A stretch of 64,000 bases of DNA from positions 5,984,001-6,048,000 of the forward strand of contig OY762069.1 in assembly GCA_963665095.1 (NCBI GenBank). Direction: 5' to 3'. The position numbers and the translations under genes were made by a program. A model generated the notes under the pieces. That model was given only the letters and a program-made list of their open reading frames with translations, was not told where the DNA came from and did no database searches. Below, piece by piece: positions 37,552 through 48,331 of the stretch. The first letter of the stretch is position 1; every line of letters begins with the position of its first letter. The DNA comes from an uncultured Desulfobacter sp. (lineage in GTDB: Bacteria > Desulfobacterota > Desulfobacteria > Desulfobacterales > Desulfobacteraceae).

Positions 37552-39114
37552 CTACCAGTCAATGGGGAAATAGTCCTTCAGGAATTTTCCGCACCAGTGC
37601 TTTCCCGTTAATATGCCGTGGAAAAACGGATCACAGATCCGGGCCGCCCCATCTACAATATCAAGCGGTGGCTGAAAATCATGGCGGTCCTGTTTCAGTT
37701 TTGCAAGAACGGCCGGATCCTCATCCGTAACCCAGCCGGTATCCACCGCATTTATATAGATCCCGTATTTGGCAAGGTCCTCTGACGCTGTGTGCGTCAG
37801 CATGTTTAAAGCGGCTTTGGCCATATTGGTATGGGGGTGGCGGCTGTCTTTTTTAAAGCGCAGGAATTTGCCTTCCATGGCAGAGACATTGACAACGTGT
37901 TTCTGGCCGGTGACATCAGCTTTCATCAGGTCAATAAGCCGGTTACACAGGACAAAGGGGGCCACGTTGTTTACCAGTTGGATTTCCAGCATTTCGGCCG
38001 TCTCAATTTCCCCGAGCTTCAGCCGCCAGGAGTTGGTCTTCCGCAGATCCACCTGCTGGAGATCGGCATCCAGGGCCTGGTCCGGGAACACTTCGGGGTC
38101 ATCCATGCTGTGGTCATAGGTGTATGGGATCTGGGAGAGCCTTGCGGACTGGCGCAGCCCGATCCCCGGTGCCGTGCCCTTCCACGAGACCGGCAGGGTG
38201 CTGTTGTTCTCTTTGGATCTGTCCGTTTCCAGGCAGGCCAGGCACTCCTGGTAATGGCCCAGAAGGGCTGCGGCCTCCCGGGGCAGGGATGAGAGATCGC
38301 TCTGCTCAGTGGCCATGAGATGGGCATAAAATCCCGGCGGCCGCCGAACGGTCTGGGCAGCGTTGTTAATGAGAATATCCAGGCGCTGGTAGGCCTGTTT
38401 GACATGGTCGCAGAACAGTTCTACGCTGGGAATGTGGCGCAGGTCCAGCCCGTAGATATGCAGCCTGTGTCCCCATTGTCCAAAATCAGGCTCCTTTGAA
38501 AACCGTAAGGCTGAGTCTTTGGGAAACCGTGTGGTGGCGATCACCCGGGCACCTGCTTTAAGCATCATTAACGTGGCCTGGTACCCGATTTTCAGCCTGG
38601 AGCCTGTAATGACGGCCACCTGTCCCTCAAGGGATGCCGTCTGAAACCGTTTCTGGTAGTTGAATTCAGCACATTCAGGACACATGCTGTCATAGAAATG
38701 ATGCAGGCTTGTAAATTCCGCCTTGCATACATAGCAGTTACGGGGGGATTCAAGATGTCCGGTCGCCTCAACGCGTTCCGGTGCAGGGCCTTCGATCTGT
38801 GGCGGGGCAGTGAATACCGTGGCCTCCCGGGCTTTCCGGATGCCGGTTGCGGCCCTCATCTGCCGCTCTTTTTTTACAACAGCCAGCCTCATCTGCCGCC
38901 TTTTGTCCTTGTTGCGCTTTTTTATCTCTGCCCTGTCAGGCCGGGAGATTCTGCCGGCGGCTTTGATCAGGGCGATGCGGTCGTTTTCAGGAAGGTGCGC
39001 CAACAGTTCAGACTGGTCTGCCAGGGCTTCCAGCACCCTGATGCAGCAGCCAATATCCGCAAGAATCTGTTTTTCGTATTCCGGGCCTGTCTGGTCCCGG
39101 TCTTTTTTTTCCAC
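37552..39114 (-). CDS. SDR-family oxidoreductase with N-terminal extension and Cys-rich motif
   Basis: [52 protein letters not shown] start chosen from the RBS. Confidence 0.85.
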   Translation of the reverse strand: MEKKDRDQTGPEYEKQILADIGCCIRVLEALADQSELLAHLPENDRIALIKAAGRISRPDRAEIKKRNKDKRRQMRLAVVKKERQMRAATGIRKAREATVFTAPPQIEGPAPERVEATGHLESPRNCYVCKAEFTSLHHFYDSMCPECAEFNYQKRFQTASLEGQVAVITGSRLKIGYQATLMMLKAGARVIATTRFPKDSALRFSKEPDFGQWGHRLHIYGLDLRHIPSVELFCDHVKQAYQRLDILINNAAQTVRRPPGFYAHLMATEQSDLSSLPREAAALLGHYQECLACLETDRSKENNSTLPVSWKGTAPGIGLRQSARLSQIPYTYDHSMDDPEVFPDQALDADLQQVDLRKTNSWRLKLGEIETAEMLEIQLVNNVAPFVLCNRLIDLMKADVTGQKHVVNVSAMEGKFLRFKKDSRHPHTNMAKAALNMLTHTASEDLAKYGIYINAVDTGWVTDEDPAVLAKLKQDRHDFQPPLDIVDGAARICDPFFHGILTGKHWCGKFLKDYFPIDW

Positions 39115-39408
39115 AGTGTTGTTTTCCTTAAAGAATGGGGCTGAGGCATTCATGCCGTTAAAAAATTGCAGATTATTATAGCTGATCTGCCGGTTTGTCA
39201 ACCTGTGGATGGCGGCCCCGGTGCCAATTGTTTGAATATGAAGAAGAAATGACGAGTTACTAAGGTCTCCGCCCAACTGTGGAAGAGACAGCTGTTGGCT
39301 TGCCTGGGCTTGTATACGGGGCATATTAAATTATGTTTGACAATCATTCAGAAGCAAAATAGTATTCAGCATTCTAATAGTATTAATTTTTCACCACGGA
39401 GGTACCAC

Positions 39409-40047
39409 ATGACCCCAGTGCTGAATCAACTGGCTGAGACCCTGCCCACCGGCGACATGGAATCCACTGCCCTTTTGGTCCGGCAGGCCCTGGATGAAGG
39501 GATCCATGCTGAAACCGTGTTGAATCAGGGGCTGATCGCAGGCATGGATATTGTCGGGCAAAAATTTCAGAACGGTGAGTTCTTTATCCCCCACATGCTC
39601 CTGGCCGCACGGGCCATGCAGTCCGCCATCGGTATTCTGAAACCGGTTCTGGTTGAAAGCGGTGTCGAACCCGCAGGTCACGTCCTGCTGGGCACTGTTC
39701 AGGGGGACCATCACGACATCGGAAAAAATCTTGTCCGCGTCATGCTGGAGGGCAAAGGCTTTGCCGTCACAGACCTTGGCATTGACGTGCGCCCTGAGGC
39801 CTTTGCACAGGCGGTGACGGAAAAAATTCAGATTGTGGCCATGAGTGCATTGCTGTCCACCACGGCCCCCTTTATCGAGAAAACCATTGAGGCCATGGAA
39901 AAGGCGGGCCTTCGCAGCCGGGTCAAGATTATTATCGGAGGCGGGGTGGTGACCCGGGAGATGGCCGAGGCGTATGGTGCCGATGCCTACGGCAGTGATG
40001 CGGCGGTGGGTGCTGTCAAGTCCGCAGAACTGGTAGGTATTGTTTAA
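39409..40047 (+). CDS. Corrinoid (B12-binding) protein
   Basis: GLIAGM..F..GEFFIP; GDHHDIGKNLV (DxHxxG); MSALLSTT; IIGGG. Confidence 0.93.
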   Translation: MTPVLNQLAETLPTGDMESTALLVRQALDEGIHAETVLNQGLIAGMDIVGQKFQNGEFFIPHMLLAARAMQSAIGILKPVLVESGVEPAGHVLLGTVQGDHHDIGKNLVRVMLEGKGFAVTDLGIDVRPEAFAQAVTEKIQIVAMSALLSTTAPFIEKTIEAMEKAGLRSRVKIIIGGGVVTREMAEAYGADAYGSDAAVGAVKSAELVGIV

Positions 40048-40149
40048 CGTAAGGCGTTGCCTGGCAAAGATGCCGGTACTATGTTGCCGGAACCCCCTTT
40101 GGTGAGATGCCGCCACAGGTTTATTCACCCCCTGCATCAGGAGAGACCT

Positions 40150-41253
40150 ATGAACGGACGCGAACGTATTTTAACCGCCCTGAGTCATCAGGAACCCGAC
40201 CGGGTGCCGCTATACATCCATGGGATTAACGAAAAGCCCATCATCGCCATTGCCGGTGAATTTATGGAGGGGCTGCCCGATCCTGACACATCCTTTTACG
40301 ACATGACCGATTTGGAAAAGATCAATATGCTTGAAGCCCTTTTCGTGGTCCATGAGCAGCACGACATCGACGGGTTCACCGCCCTGGAATTCGGCCATGA
40401 AGAGCGCATCAGTGAAGACAAGGTCAAAGATGCCTGGGGCGTGGTCTACCAGCTCAACCCCTTTGGCCTGCCTGTGGCCTGCCGCCATCCCGTTCCGGAC
40501 AGGGCTGCCCTGGCGGGTTTCATGCCGCCGCTGCCCAAAAAGGAGAACCTGCTGCTGCTCATGGCGGCCCGTGACCGGTTCAAGGATACCAAGGCCATTT
40601 TCTGGATGATGCGCGGTACGTTTGTAATGAGCTGGCGGCTGGTCGGCATGGAAAACCTCATGCTCAAAATGTTCGATGATCCCGATTTTGTCCACAGCAT
40701 CGCCCAAATGACCTTTGAATACAACGTCCAGCTGCTGGACATGCTGGTGGAAGCCGGGCTGGACGTTCTCATCGTGGAGGATGATATTGCCGACAAGAAT
40801 TTCCCGCTCATCGCACCGGATCAGTTCCGTGAATTCATCAATCGCTACAACCGGCAGCTGGTGGCCCTGGGCCATGAAAAAGGGCTTAAGGTGATCCGGC
40901 ACAGCGACGGAAACCTGTGGCCCCTGATGGACATCCTTCTGGCGTCAGGGTACGACGGCCTCAATCCCCTGGAACCACAGGCCGGCATGGATCTCAAACG
41001 TGTCAGGGAATATTGCGGGGACCGGCTATGCCTGCTGGGCAACATCGACTGCATTGACCTTCTGCCCAACGGCACCACTGCCCAGGTAGAGGCAGCGGTG
41101 CGGAAGGCCATTGACGATGCCGGCCATGGCGGCGGGCTGGTGATCTGCTCGTCCAACTCCCTGCATCCCGGTGTAAACCCGGACAACTGCATTGCCATGT
41201 TTAATGCCACCAAGCGCTTCGGCCGCTATCCCCTGGACCGGATCGCACCCTGA
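40150..41253 (+). CDS. Uroporphyrinogen-decarboxylase-family (MtaA/CmuA-like) methyltransferase
   Basis: RERILTAL..EPDRVP; DAWG; EDDIA; HSDG; LLGNID; GGGLVICSSN. Confidence 0.85.
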   Translation: MNGRERILTALSHQEPDRVPLYIHGINEKPIIAIAGEFMEGLPDPDTSFYDMTDLEKINMLEALFVVHEQHDIDGFTALEFGHEERISEDKVKDAWGVVYQLNPFGLPVACRHPVPDRAALAGFMPPLPKKENLLLLMAARDRFKDTKAIFWMMRGTFVMSWRLVGMENLMLKMFDDPDFVHSIAQMTFEYNVQLLDMLVEAGLDVLIVEDDIADKNFPLIAPDQFREFINRYNRQLVALGHEKGLKVIRHSDGNLWPLMDILLASGYDGLNPLEPQAGMDLKRVREYCGDRLCLLGNIDCIDLLPNGTTAQVEAAVRKAIDDAGHGGGLVICSSNSLHPGVNPDNCIAMFNATKRFGRYPLDRIAP

Positions 41254-41282
41254 TCAACCCGCTTGCCTGAAAAGAGGCCCCT

Positions 41283-42581
41283 ATGGATGTGCAAACAAAA
41301 GTCCCGGCAAAAGCCGGGCGCAGCGCCCACTACGCCTTTGTTCTGCTTTTTCTGCTCTATATGTTCGACTACATCGACCGCATGGTCATTGTATCGCTCT
41401 TTCCTTATATCAAGCAGGACTGGGGCGTCAGCGATACCCGGCTCGGCCTTCTGGTCTCTGCGGTCTACTGGTCGATTCTGGTCTTTACCCTGCCCATATC
41501 CATCCTCATTGACCGCTGGAGCCGGAAGCACTGCATCGGCATCATGGCCATCATCTGGGGACTGGCCACCATTGCCTGTGCCTTTGCCCGGAATTTCACC
41601 CAGCTTTTCTCGGCCCGGGTGGTGATCGGCGCAGGCGAAGCCGGTTATGCACCCGGGGGCACGGCCATGATTTCAGCCCTCTATCCCCGGGAGAAGCGGG
41701 CACGGATGATCGGGATCTGGAACGCCTCCATTCCCCTGGGCAGCGCCATCGGCATCGCCCTGGGCGGTTTTGTGGCCCAGCGGTTCGGCTGGCAGCATGC
41801 CTTTGGCCTTGTGGCCCTGCCCGGGCTCGTGGTGGCATTTCTGTTCTTTGGTGTGCGCGACTACAAGACCGTTGCCCTGGTCCACCAGCGGGGCGCGGCC
41901 GCCCGGAACATGGGGTGGGGCGAGGTTGTGGCGGAATTCACCCGGAAACCCTCCCTGATCCTGAACAATCTGGCAATGGCCTGCTGTGTCTTTGTCACCA
42001 CCTCCCTTTTGACCTGGCTGCCCACCTATTTCCACCGGGTAGAGGGGCTGGACATGACCAAAGCCGGGCTTAAAGGCAGTTCTGTCATGCTTTTGGCCAT
42101 TGTTGGCGCCCCTTTGGGGGGCTTTTTGACCGATCGCTGGTACAGGCGGCAGAAACGGGCACGCATGCTCTTTCCTGCCCTTGCAGCCCTGGTTTCAGGT
42201 GTTTTGCTCTTTGTCACCTTTGGCCTGCTTCGCGGCACGCCCCAGTATGTGGTGCTGCTGCTCAGCGGGATTGCAGTCACAGGGTTTGTGTCTGCCGCCG
42301 TGGCCGTTACCCAGGATGTGGTGCATGCAGGGCTGCGGGCAGTCTCCTTAAGTCTGAATATCATTATTCAGCATGTGCTCGGCAGTGCCGTTGGGCCGCC
42401 GGTGATCGGGGCTTTTTCTGATAAGCTCGGCCTGGAACGGGCCATGCTGTTCATCCCGGCATTCTGTCTGGCGGCCGCCCTGCTTTTCTGGCTTGGTTCA
42501 TTCTTCTACACCCGGGATCTTGACAAGGTCAGCCGCGAGCAAGTACCGTGGGAAGCCAGCGGCCAGATGGCCCGGGAGTAG
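41283..42581 (+). CDS. MFS transporter
   Basis: DYIDR; DRWSRK; ARVVIGAGEAG; about 12 TM segments. Confidence 0.92.
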   Translation: MDVQTKVPAKAGRSAHYAFVLLFLLYMFDYIDRMVIVSLFPYIKQDWGVSDTRLGLLVSAVYWSILVFTLPISILIDRWSRKHCIGIMAIIWGLATIACAFARNFTQLFSARVVIGAGEAGYAPGGTAMISALYPREKRARMIGIWNASIPLGSAIGIALGGFVAQRFGWQHAFGLVALPGLVVAFLFFGVRDYKTVALVHQRGAAARNMGWGEVVAEFTRKPSLILNNLAMACCVFVTTSLLTWLPTYFHRVEGLDMTKAGLKGSSVMLLAIVGAPLGGFLTDRWYRRQKRARMLFPALAALVSGVLLFVTFGLLRGTPQYVVLLLSGIAVTGFVSAAVAVTQDVVHAGLRAVSLSLNIIIQHVLGSAVGPPVIGAFSDKLGLERAMLFIPAFCLAAALLFWLGSFFYTRDLDKVSREQVPWEASGQMARE

Positions 42582-42654
42582 CACCGAAGCCCGGGCCCCA
42601 CAGGCAGGCGGCAGCGTTTTTGTGATAAACTGAAACATCAGAGGGGAGTGAGCC

Positions 42655-43281
42655 ATGGGCACAGCAGAGAGACGGGAGCGGGAAAAAGCCCGGAGACGGG
42701 CCAAAATTCTGTCGGCGGCCAGGGACCTGCTGCTGACGCGGGGACTGAGCCGCACATCGGTTAATCAAATTGCCAAGCGGGCTGAAGTGAGTGTGGCCAC
42801 CATCTATGGGTACTTTGCCGGCCGTGAAGAGGTCATTGCCGAACTTTCCGAAGAGGCACTGAACCTTCTGCACACAAGCGTTTTACAAGCCACGGGCAAG
42901 GCAACAACCCCCAGGGAAAAGCTTGAAGCCGTGGCCTGGGCCTATCTCGATTTCGCCCTGACCCGGAACGCCTATTTCAGCTGTCTGAACTATTTTCTCA
43001 CCGCACCCGGCCAGGTTCTCTCTCCGGAACTCAAACGACGGGTTCATGTCCAGGGGGACCGGATTCTGGAACTGGTGATGGCGGCTGCAGAGGCCGGTAT
43101 GGCTGCCGGTTCTTTCCAGCCCGTGGAGATCCGTCGTTTCGCCCTGGTTTTCTGGGCAACCCTCAACGGGATTCTGCAACTGCGCAAACTTGAGGATACC
43201 CTTCTGGGGCAGGATGATGTTGAGACCCTCTACCGGTATGCTGTCACCCGCCTGATGGATGATCTGTGCCGGTGTGACTGA
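42655..43281 (+). CDS. TetR/AcrR-family regulator
   Basis: ILSAARDLL..G..TSVNQIAKRAEVSVATIYGYF. Confidence 0.92.
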   Translation: MGTAERREREKARRRAKILSAARDLLLTRGLSRTSVNQIAKRAEVSVATIYGYFAGREEVIAELSEEALNLLHTSVLQATGKATTPREKLEAVAWAYLDFALTRNAYFSCLNYFLTAPGQVLSPELKRRVHVQGDRILELVMAAAEAGMAAGSFQPVEIRRFALVFWATLNGILQLRKLEDTLLGQDDVETLYRYAVTRLMDDLCRCD

Positions 43282-43321
43282 CGGCTTTTTATAATACACA
43301 CCAGCACCCCGATGTCCTGCA

Positions 43322-43696
43322 TCAGTCCACTTTGTTCAATTCCCATGTTTCCTGGATTGTAGAACGTATATGTTCCCAATTATTGTCTTTCACAATAAAG
43401 TTTGCCGCGCCAAGATTCAGGCATTTTTCCACTATCGTACGCTCAGAAACAGAGGTCATTATGATTATAATAACTTCCGGATTTGAATCAAGAATCGGAT
43501 CAATTGCATTATCACCCGTCATTATCGGCATATTTATATCAAGCAGAACAAGATCTACATTCTGTTTTTTAACTTCTTCAACTGCATCTTTACCGTTTTC
43601 AACTTCTGCCACCACGGTAAAACCCAATTCACTCAGAATCATTTTTAGCATAGATCGTACAGAACGACTGTCATCTGCGATTATCGCATTAGCCAT
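43322..43696 (-). CDS. Single-domain response regulator (CheY-like)
   Basis: IIADDS; LVLLDINMP; IMTS; FIVK. Start overlaps the upstream stop. Confidence 0.9.
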   Translation of the reverse strand: MANAIIADDSRSVRSMLKMILSELGFTVVAEVENGKDAVEEVKKQNVDLVLLDINMPIMTGDNAIDPILDSNPEVIIIIMTSVSERTIVEKCLNLGAANFIVKDNNWEHIRSTIQETWELNKVD

Positions 43697-44903
43697 ATTC
43701 ATTTTCCTTATCGTCTGAGTTATCGTTATGAAGCGGCAAGGTAACCTCCGCTTCAGGAAGCGTTTGAAAGAGTATTCCCAGCCGTACAATCAATGCACCT
43801 AAGAGCATATATCCTATCATAACGTGTAGTATTACCACAAGATTACTGATAATCGAGGTCCTTGAAGCAGATATATCACCAAAGCCGACAGTGGTCGTAG
43901 TGACCACCGAAAAATAGAGTGATCTCACAAACCGCAACCCAGGAGGGAGATTTTCCACATGCTCACTGGTTAGCGACGGAAACAGTGTGTAGAGAATTGC
44001 AAAGACAAGAGATACAATCATTAATGATTTCAATACCCTGCCCGTGGAAGAGCCATAATCGGTGATCCACCAGAAGAGTTCTATAAACCGGATTGTCAAA
44101 TATTTAAGTCCCCATCTCAAAACCGCCAATGGATTGATACCCATTTCTTTGAAAGAACCAAGTTCCCTCTTCCTCATTTCAATGTATCGCAGCCACCATA
44201 TTCTCCGAATATTTGTTTCAAAACGCGAACTAAGTTGCGGTTCTACACGTGCCTCTGAAATACCAACGCCAGTGAAGTCAGTGGTGAGATCAACTGCGCA
44301 ATCCCAGATCAGTGAACTGCCATTTACAATCGCAGCATTAAAATTAGTTCCATACAGCTGTGATTCAGTCAATGTAATGGCTTTTAGATCTGCGTGTTTG
44401 AGCGTACACTTCGTTAAATCAGCCGCGTGAAATACAACATATGAAAGGTCTGCACGATCAAAATTCGCTTCTGCCACATTGGCCTCGTGAAAATCGGCGT
44501 GCATCAATTTAGCAAACGTGAAATCAACACCTTTTGCAAATACAGAAGTAAATCGGCTGTCCTGAAGATCAGCCGCAGTGAATTTTGCTCCAGAAATATC
44601 AGCTCCGTCAAATTTCGTATTTCGTAGATCAGCATTCATAAACATGGTTTGTTTTAATGTGCAACGGCAAAGCGACGCATCTTTTAAATGCGCATTTTTC
44701 AGGTCTATCTTTGAAAGGTCAAGCTCTTCGAGATTCGCTCCTTCGAGAAGAATTGGAAGCTTTCTATTCTTACGGCGATAGAGAATCCACTCTTTACCGC
44801 TCCCGGAATCACTGCATTTTCGAAGAAGATCATACTGTTCCTCTGAAAAGCGATCCTCCCAGACAGAGGGCTCCACCGTTGTCTTTGACCCGGTAAATTC
44901 CAT
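43689..44903 (-). CDS. Pentapeptide-repeat protein with C-terminal 2-TM K+-channel (Ion_trans_2) domain
   Basis: Long A(D/N)Lxx repeat tract; YFSVVTTTTVGFGD selectivity-filter motif flanked by TM segments. Confidence 0.88.
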   Translation of the reverse strand: MEFTGSKTTVEPSVWEDRFSEEQYDLLRKCSDSGSGKEWILYRRKNRKLPILLEGANLEELDLSKIDLKNAHLKDASLCRCTLKQTMFMNADLRNTKFDGADISGAKFTAADLQDSRFTSVFAKGVDFTFAKLMHADFHEANVAEANFDRADLSYVVFHAADLTKCTLKHADLKAITLTESQLYGTNFNAAIVNGSSLIWDCAVDLTTDFTGVGISEARVEPQLSSRFETNIRRIWWLRYIEMRKRELGSFKEMGINPLAVLRWGLKYLTIRFIELFWWITDYGSSTGRVLKSLMIVSLVFAILYTLFPSLTSEHVENLPPGLRFVRSLYFSVVTTTTVGFGDISASRTSIISNLVVILHVMIGYMLLGALIVRLGILFQTLPEAEVTLPLHNDNSDDKENEYG

Positions 44904-45243
44904 AGGACGTCTCAATTTAAAAAGGTTTAATTCGTTGGATTCTTTTTATCTTATTGATACGAAATTTTTCCCACTTTGTAAAGACGGCCGATATGGAGAT
45001 TCCGCCGAAAGACTTGGGGAATCTGTTCAAACCGTATGAAAATTTGACAACCTGTAACCTTTTATCATAATGTAAATAATCCATAAAAAACTGTCTGAAG
45101 GGCTGTTAAAAAGATTTCTGATTTTTAGTCAATTATGCATAATGGGCTTAATTCGCATGGGGGGCAAAGATCTTTGACCATCAGGTTCCATTGAAGAAAA
45201 CCTGTAGCCTTCCCTTATTTAAAATTCATCCCGGGAAAGGGTC

Positions 45244-46260
45244 ATGAAAATGTTACAGTTAATAACGACACTTGCCCTGATCGAAAAAACAAGAGACTGT
45301 GGCCGTTTCACCCCGTATGTATGGGTCCCCTTTGTTGTAATTTCAGTCATTTTTATGAATGGGTTTCCAGCCAGTGCAAAAGAGTTAACCATCGGATTTA
45401 TTCCCATGACCACGAAAAATGAACATTTTGTGATCATGAGCAATGCAGCAGCCCGGGAGGCAGAAAAAAACGGTGTCCGTTTGATTGTAAAATCGGGCAG
45501 CGGACGGCGAAGCGGTCGCGAACAGGAAATGATTATCCAGCAGATGATTAAAATCCGTGTGGATGCCATATGCATTGTACCAAGTTCGACCGGCGTGGTG
45601 CGTGAACTTAAAAAAGTGCAACAGGCGGGTATTCCCATTGTGAACGTTGATCAAAAAATTGATCCGGTTGTCCTGCAGAAATTTGATATGGATTTTATCC
45701 CCTATGTGGGAACCAATAATTATGACAATGCCTGGAGTGCAGGGGACTTTGCGCTTGATTCATTGGACATAAAAGGCCGTAACGTCGGTATTCTGATCGG
45801 AAGACATCCCCACTCCAATGCCGTTGACAGGTGGAAAGGCTTTAAAAAAGCAGTGGACGGAAAGGTACAGATTGTATTTGAAAGGCCGGCCAACTGGGAA
45901 AAAAATATGGCGTATAACACCGTAAAGAGGATGCTTGAAAATCAGACAGATGTGGATTTTATTTTCGCCTCCAATGACAATATGGCCTTAGGGGCACTGG
46001 ATGCAATCGCTGAAACAGGGAATAAGGGTATTCAGGTCATGGGGTTTGACGGGATCGGTCCTGCACTCGATGCCATAGAGCAGGGCCGCATGGCTGCAAC
46101 CATGGCCCAGATGCCGGCCGAGATGGGAATTCAAAGCGTTCAGATGGTTTTATCAATACTTCAGGGGAAACCTGCTCCTTTGATTACTTACACACCTACA
46201 AAAATAATCGATGCGTCAAATGTTGTTCTGTTCAAACAATATTTAAATCAATACCGGTAA
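45244..46260 (+). CDS. Solitary RbsB-like sugar-binding periplasmic protein
   Basis: NEHF; VDAICIVP; IPIVNVD; VGTNN; ANW; ASNDNMALGA; GFDG. True start is probably downstream. Confidence 0.85.
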   Translation: MKMLQLITTLALIEKTRDCGRFTPYVWVPFVVISVIFMNGFPASAKELTIGFIPMTTKNEHFVIMSNAAAREAEKNGVRLIVKSGSGRRSGREQEMIIQQMIKIRVDAICIVPSSTGVVRELKKVQQAGIPIVNVDQKIDPVVLQKFDMDFIPYVGTNNYDNAWSAGDFALDSLDIKGRNVGILIGRHPHSNAVDRWKGFKKAVDGKVQIVFERPANWEKNMAYNTVKRMLENQTDVDFIFASNDNMALGALDAIAETGNKGIQVMGFDGIGPALDAIEQGRMAATMAQMPAEMGIQSVQMVLSILQGKPAPLITYTPTKIIDASNVVLFKQYLNQYR

Positions 46261-46331
46261 GTCTTATCAAAGAGTTCAGCCCTGCTCAGTTCCCTGATTA
46301 CAGGGACAATCGCCAACCTTTTGTCCGCATC

Positions 46332-47198
46332 TTAATCCGTTTCTGTCCGGGTAAAAAAGGCCCGGACTGCCCGATCCCGTTCCGGATGGGGCTGAAAAAG
46401 GATGCCATAGTGGTTGGTTCCCTTGACATCAAACCGTTGTGCGTCCGGGATCTGTTCCACCATTTTCTGGATTACATCCTCGGGCAAAAGCAGGTCATCC
46501 TGACTCATAAGTCCCTGGCCGGCCCTGAGAATCAGTACCGGACATAATACCCGGCTGTAGAGGGCCGCACAGTTGATTTTGCGCACATTCTCAGCTTCTT
46601 CGGCAATGTGTGCCGGATCAATATTGGTGTGAACACCGTTCGTGTCTGTCTCGATTTCATGGCGGTAGTAGGCTTCGATATTGGGCTGCCAGGGCTGCAC
46701 TGCCGGGCCTGCTTTCATAAAATCCATATAGGCCTTTTCATCGGGAAACCGCATGTTAAGGCGGTCCAGGGCGGGCTTGATGCCGGCAAATACCTGATCC
46801 ATCTGGGTCTTGCTCAGTTCCCCTGCACCATCCACCAGGACCAGTTTTTCCACCCGGTCAGGATGGGTTGCAGCAAACATCAGGCTGATAAAGGCGCCTA
46901 AAGAGTGGCCCATCAGCAGTACTTTTTGAAGACCCAGATCATCCATGATGGAGATCATATCCAGAATATGGTTTTCAGGCCCGTATCCCTTGTCCGGCTT
47001 ATCGGAAAGCCCTCTGCCACGCAGGTCCACGGCAATGACCCGGTAATCCGGTGACAGGGCCTCAGCTATAGGATCCCAGGAGCGGCAGTTGGCGGTGATA
47101 CCGTGAAGACAGAGTACAACAGGGGAACCGCCTTCCCATACCGCAGCGTTTATATTCAGATGGCTGCCTTTCAAAAGGCGCATTTCAGGTTTACTCAT
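46332..47198 (-). CDS. Alpha/beta hydrolase
   Basis: LHGIT; DLRGRG; GHSLG nucleophile elbow; TNHY. Confidence 0.92.
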   Translation of the reverse strand: MSKPEMRLLKGSHLNINAAVWEGGSPVVLCLHGITANCRSWDPIAEALSPDYRVIAVDLRGRGLSDKPDKGYGPENHILDMISIMDDLGLQKVLLMGHSLGAFISLMFAATHPDRVEKLVLVDGAGELSKTQMDQVFAGIKPALDRLNMRFPDEKAYMDFMKAGPAVQPWQPNIEAYYRHEIETDTNGVHTNIDPAHIAEEAENVRKINCAALYSRVLCPVLILRAGQGLMSQDDLLLPEDVIQKMVEQIPDAQRFDVKGTNHYGILFQPHPERDRAVRAFFTRTETD

Positions 47199-47229
47199 GG
47201 CGAATATCCTTTTTTAGTATTAAATTTTT

Positions 47230-48330
47230 CTATAAATTGTGAAGTTTCTGCTGCTGTATCCGTGCCCGGATGGTACCCAAGACCCCTTTGGGAAAAAAGA
47301 GCACCACCATGACAAAAAGTATCCCGAAATAAAGCTGCCACCGGTCCGCCAGGACCTGGGCCAAAGCGGATTCAGGTACCAGTGACGCCAGGGACTTCAA
47401 AAGCCCGGGCAGCCAGTTTTCCGTGACAATGAGAAATGCAGCCCCGATGATGCTGCCGTAAATGGTTCCCATGCCGCCAATGAGGACCATCAGCAGAATA
47501 TTGACCATGATGGAGGTATGAAAGACCGAATCCGGATTGACATAACACAGCCACATGGCAAACAAGACCCCGCCCAGTGATGCCACCGCTGCACTGAAGA
47601 CAATGGCATAGATCTGGTACTTGAAGGTTTGATACCCAAGGGCAATGGATCGCTGCTCATTGTCCCGTATGGATTTAAGCACCCTTCCCAGGGGAGAGCG
47701 GATAAAACGTAAAAGACCGGCGAACAGAAAAACCGTGGCCGCCAGAATCAGAAAATAGACGATGAGGCGGCCGTTCACCTGGACATGAAACAGTGTCCCC
47801 AGGCTGCGGTTAAAATTGAGTATACCCGGCAGGGCAAAAGAGATGCCGTCTTCCCCGCCGGTAAGGCCTGTCCACTGTATCCCCAGGATATGGGCAAATT
47901 CGGCCAGAGCCAGGGTCAGCATGGCAAAAAAGATGGCCTTGACCCGCAAAGAGAAAAATGAAATCACCAGGGAGATGCCGATACTCACGGCCAGGGCTGC
48001 CAGAACAGCCAGGATGGGATGATACCAGGCCGGGGCGGCCGAATGGTAGAGTATCAGGGCCAGAGAATATGCGCCGATCCCGAAAAACATGCCGTGGGCA
48101 AAGGACAGAATCCCTGTATACCCCAGCAGCAGGTCAAAGGCCGCCACCACCAGGGAAAATATTATAATTTTAGCCATTACATCCATCACCCTGAATGAGG
48201 GAAAAACAAAGGGGATTACCGCCGGCAGAAGGACCAGGAGGGTGTTAAAGATTGCTCTGGATCCAAAGCGGTCCCCGATAGTTTTAGACACAGTGTTCTT
48301 TTCCAATGTCAGATTCATACTGCTTTCCAT
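47230..48330 (-). CDS. livM: Branched-chain amino acid-type ABC permease
   Basis: GYTGILSFAHG; TGGEDG; SPLGRVL..IRDNE; IGGMGT. Confidence 0.9.
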   Translation of the reverse strand: MESSMNLTLEKNTVSKTIGDRFGSRAIFNTLLVLLPAVIPFVFPSFRVMDVMAKIIIFSLVVAAFDLLLGYTGILSFAHGMFFGIGAYSLALILYHSAAPAWYHPILAVLAALAVSIGISLVISFFSLRVKAIFFAMLTLALAEFAHILGIQWTGLTGGEDGISFALPGILNFNRSLGTLFHVQVNGRLIVYFLILAATVFLFAGLLRFIRSPLGRVLKSIRDNEQRSIALGYQTFKYQIYAIVFSAAVASLGGVLFAMWLCYVNPDSVFHTSIMVNILLMVLIGGMGTIYGSIIGAAFLIVTENWLPGLLKSLASLVPESALAQVLADRWQLYFGILFVMVVLFFPKGVLGTIRARIQQQKLHNL

Positions 48331-48331
48331 G

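Noticed and set aside
39150..39400. Cobalamin riboswitch upstream of the corrinoid gene
   Set aside because: No B12-box or other conserved riboswitch motifs recognised; only a TTGACA box and short aatagtatt repeats.
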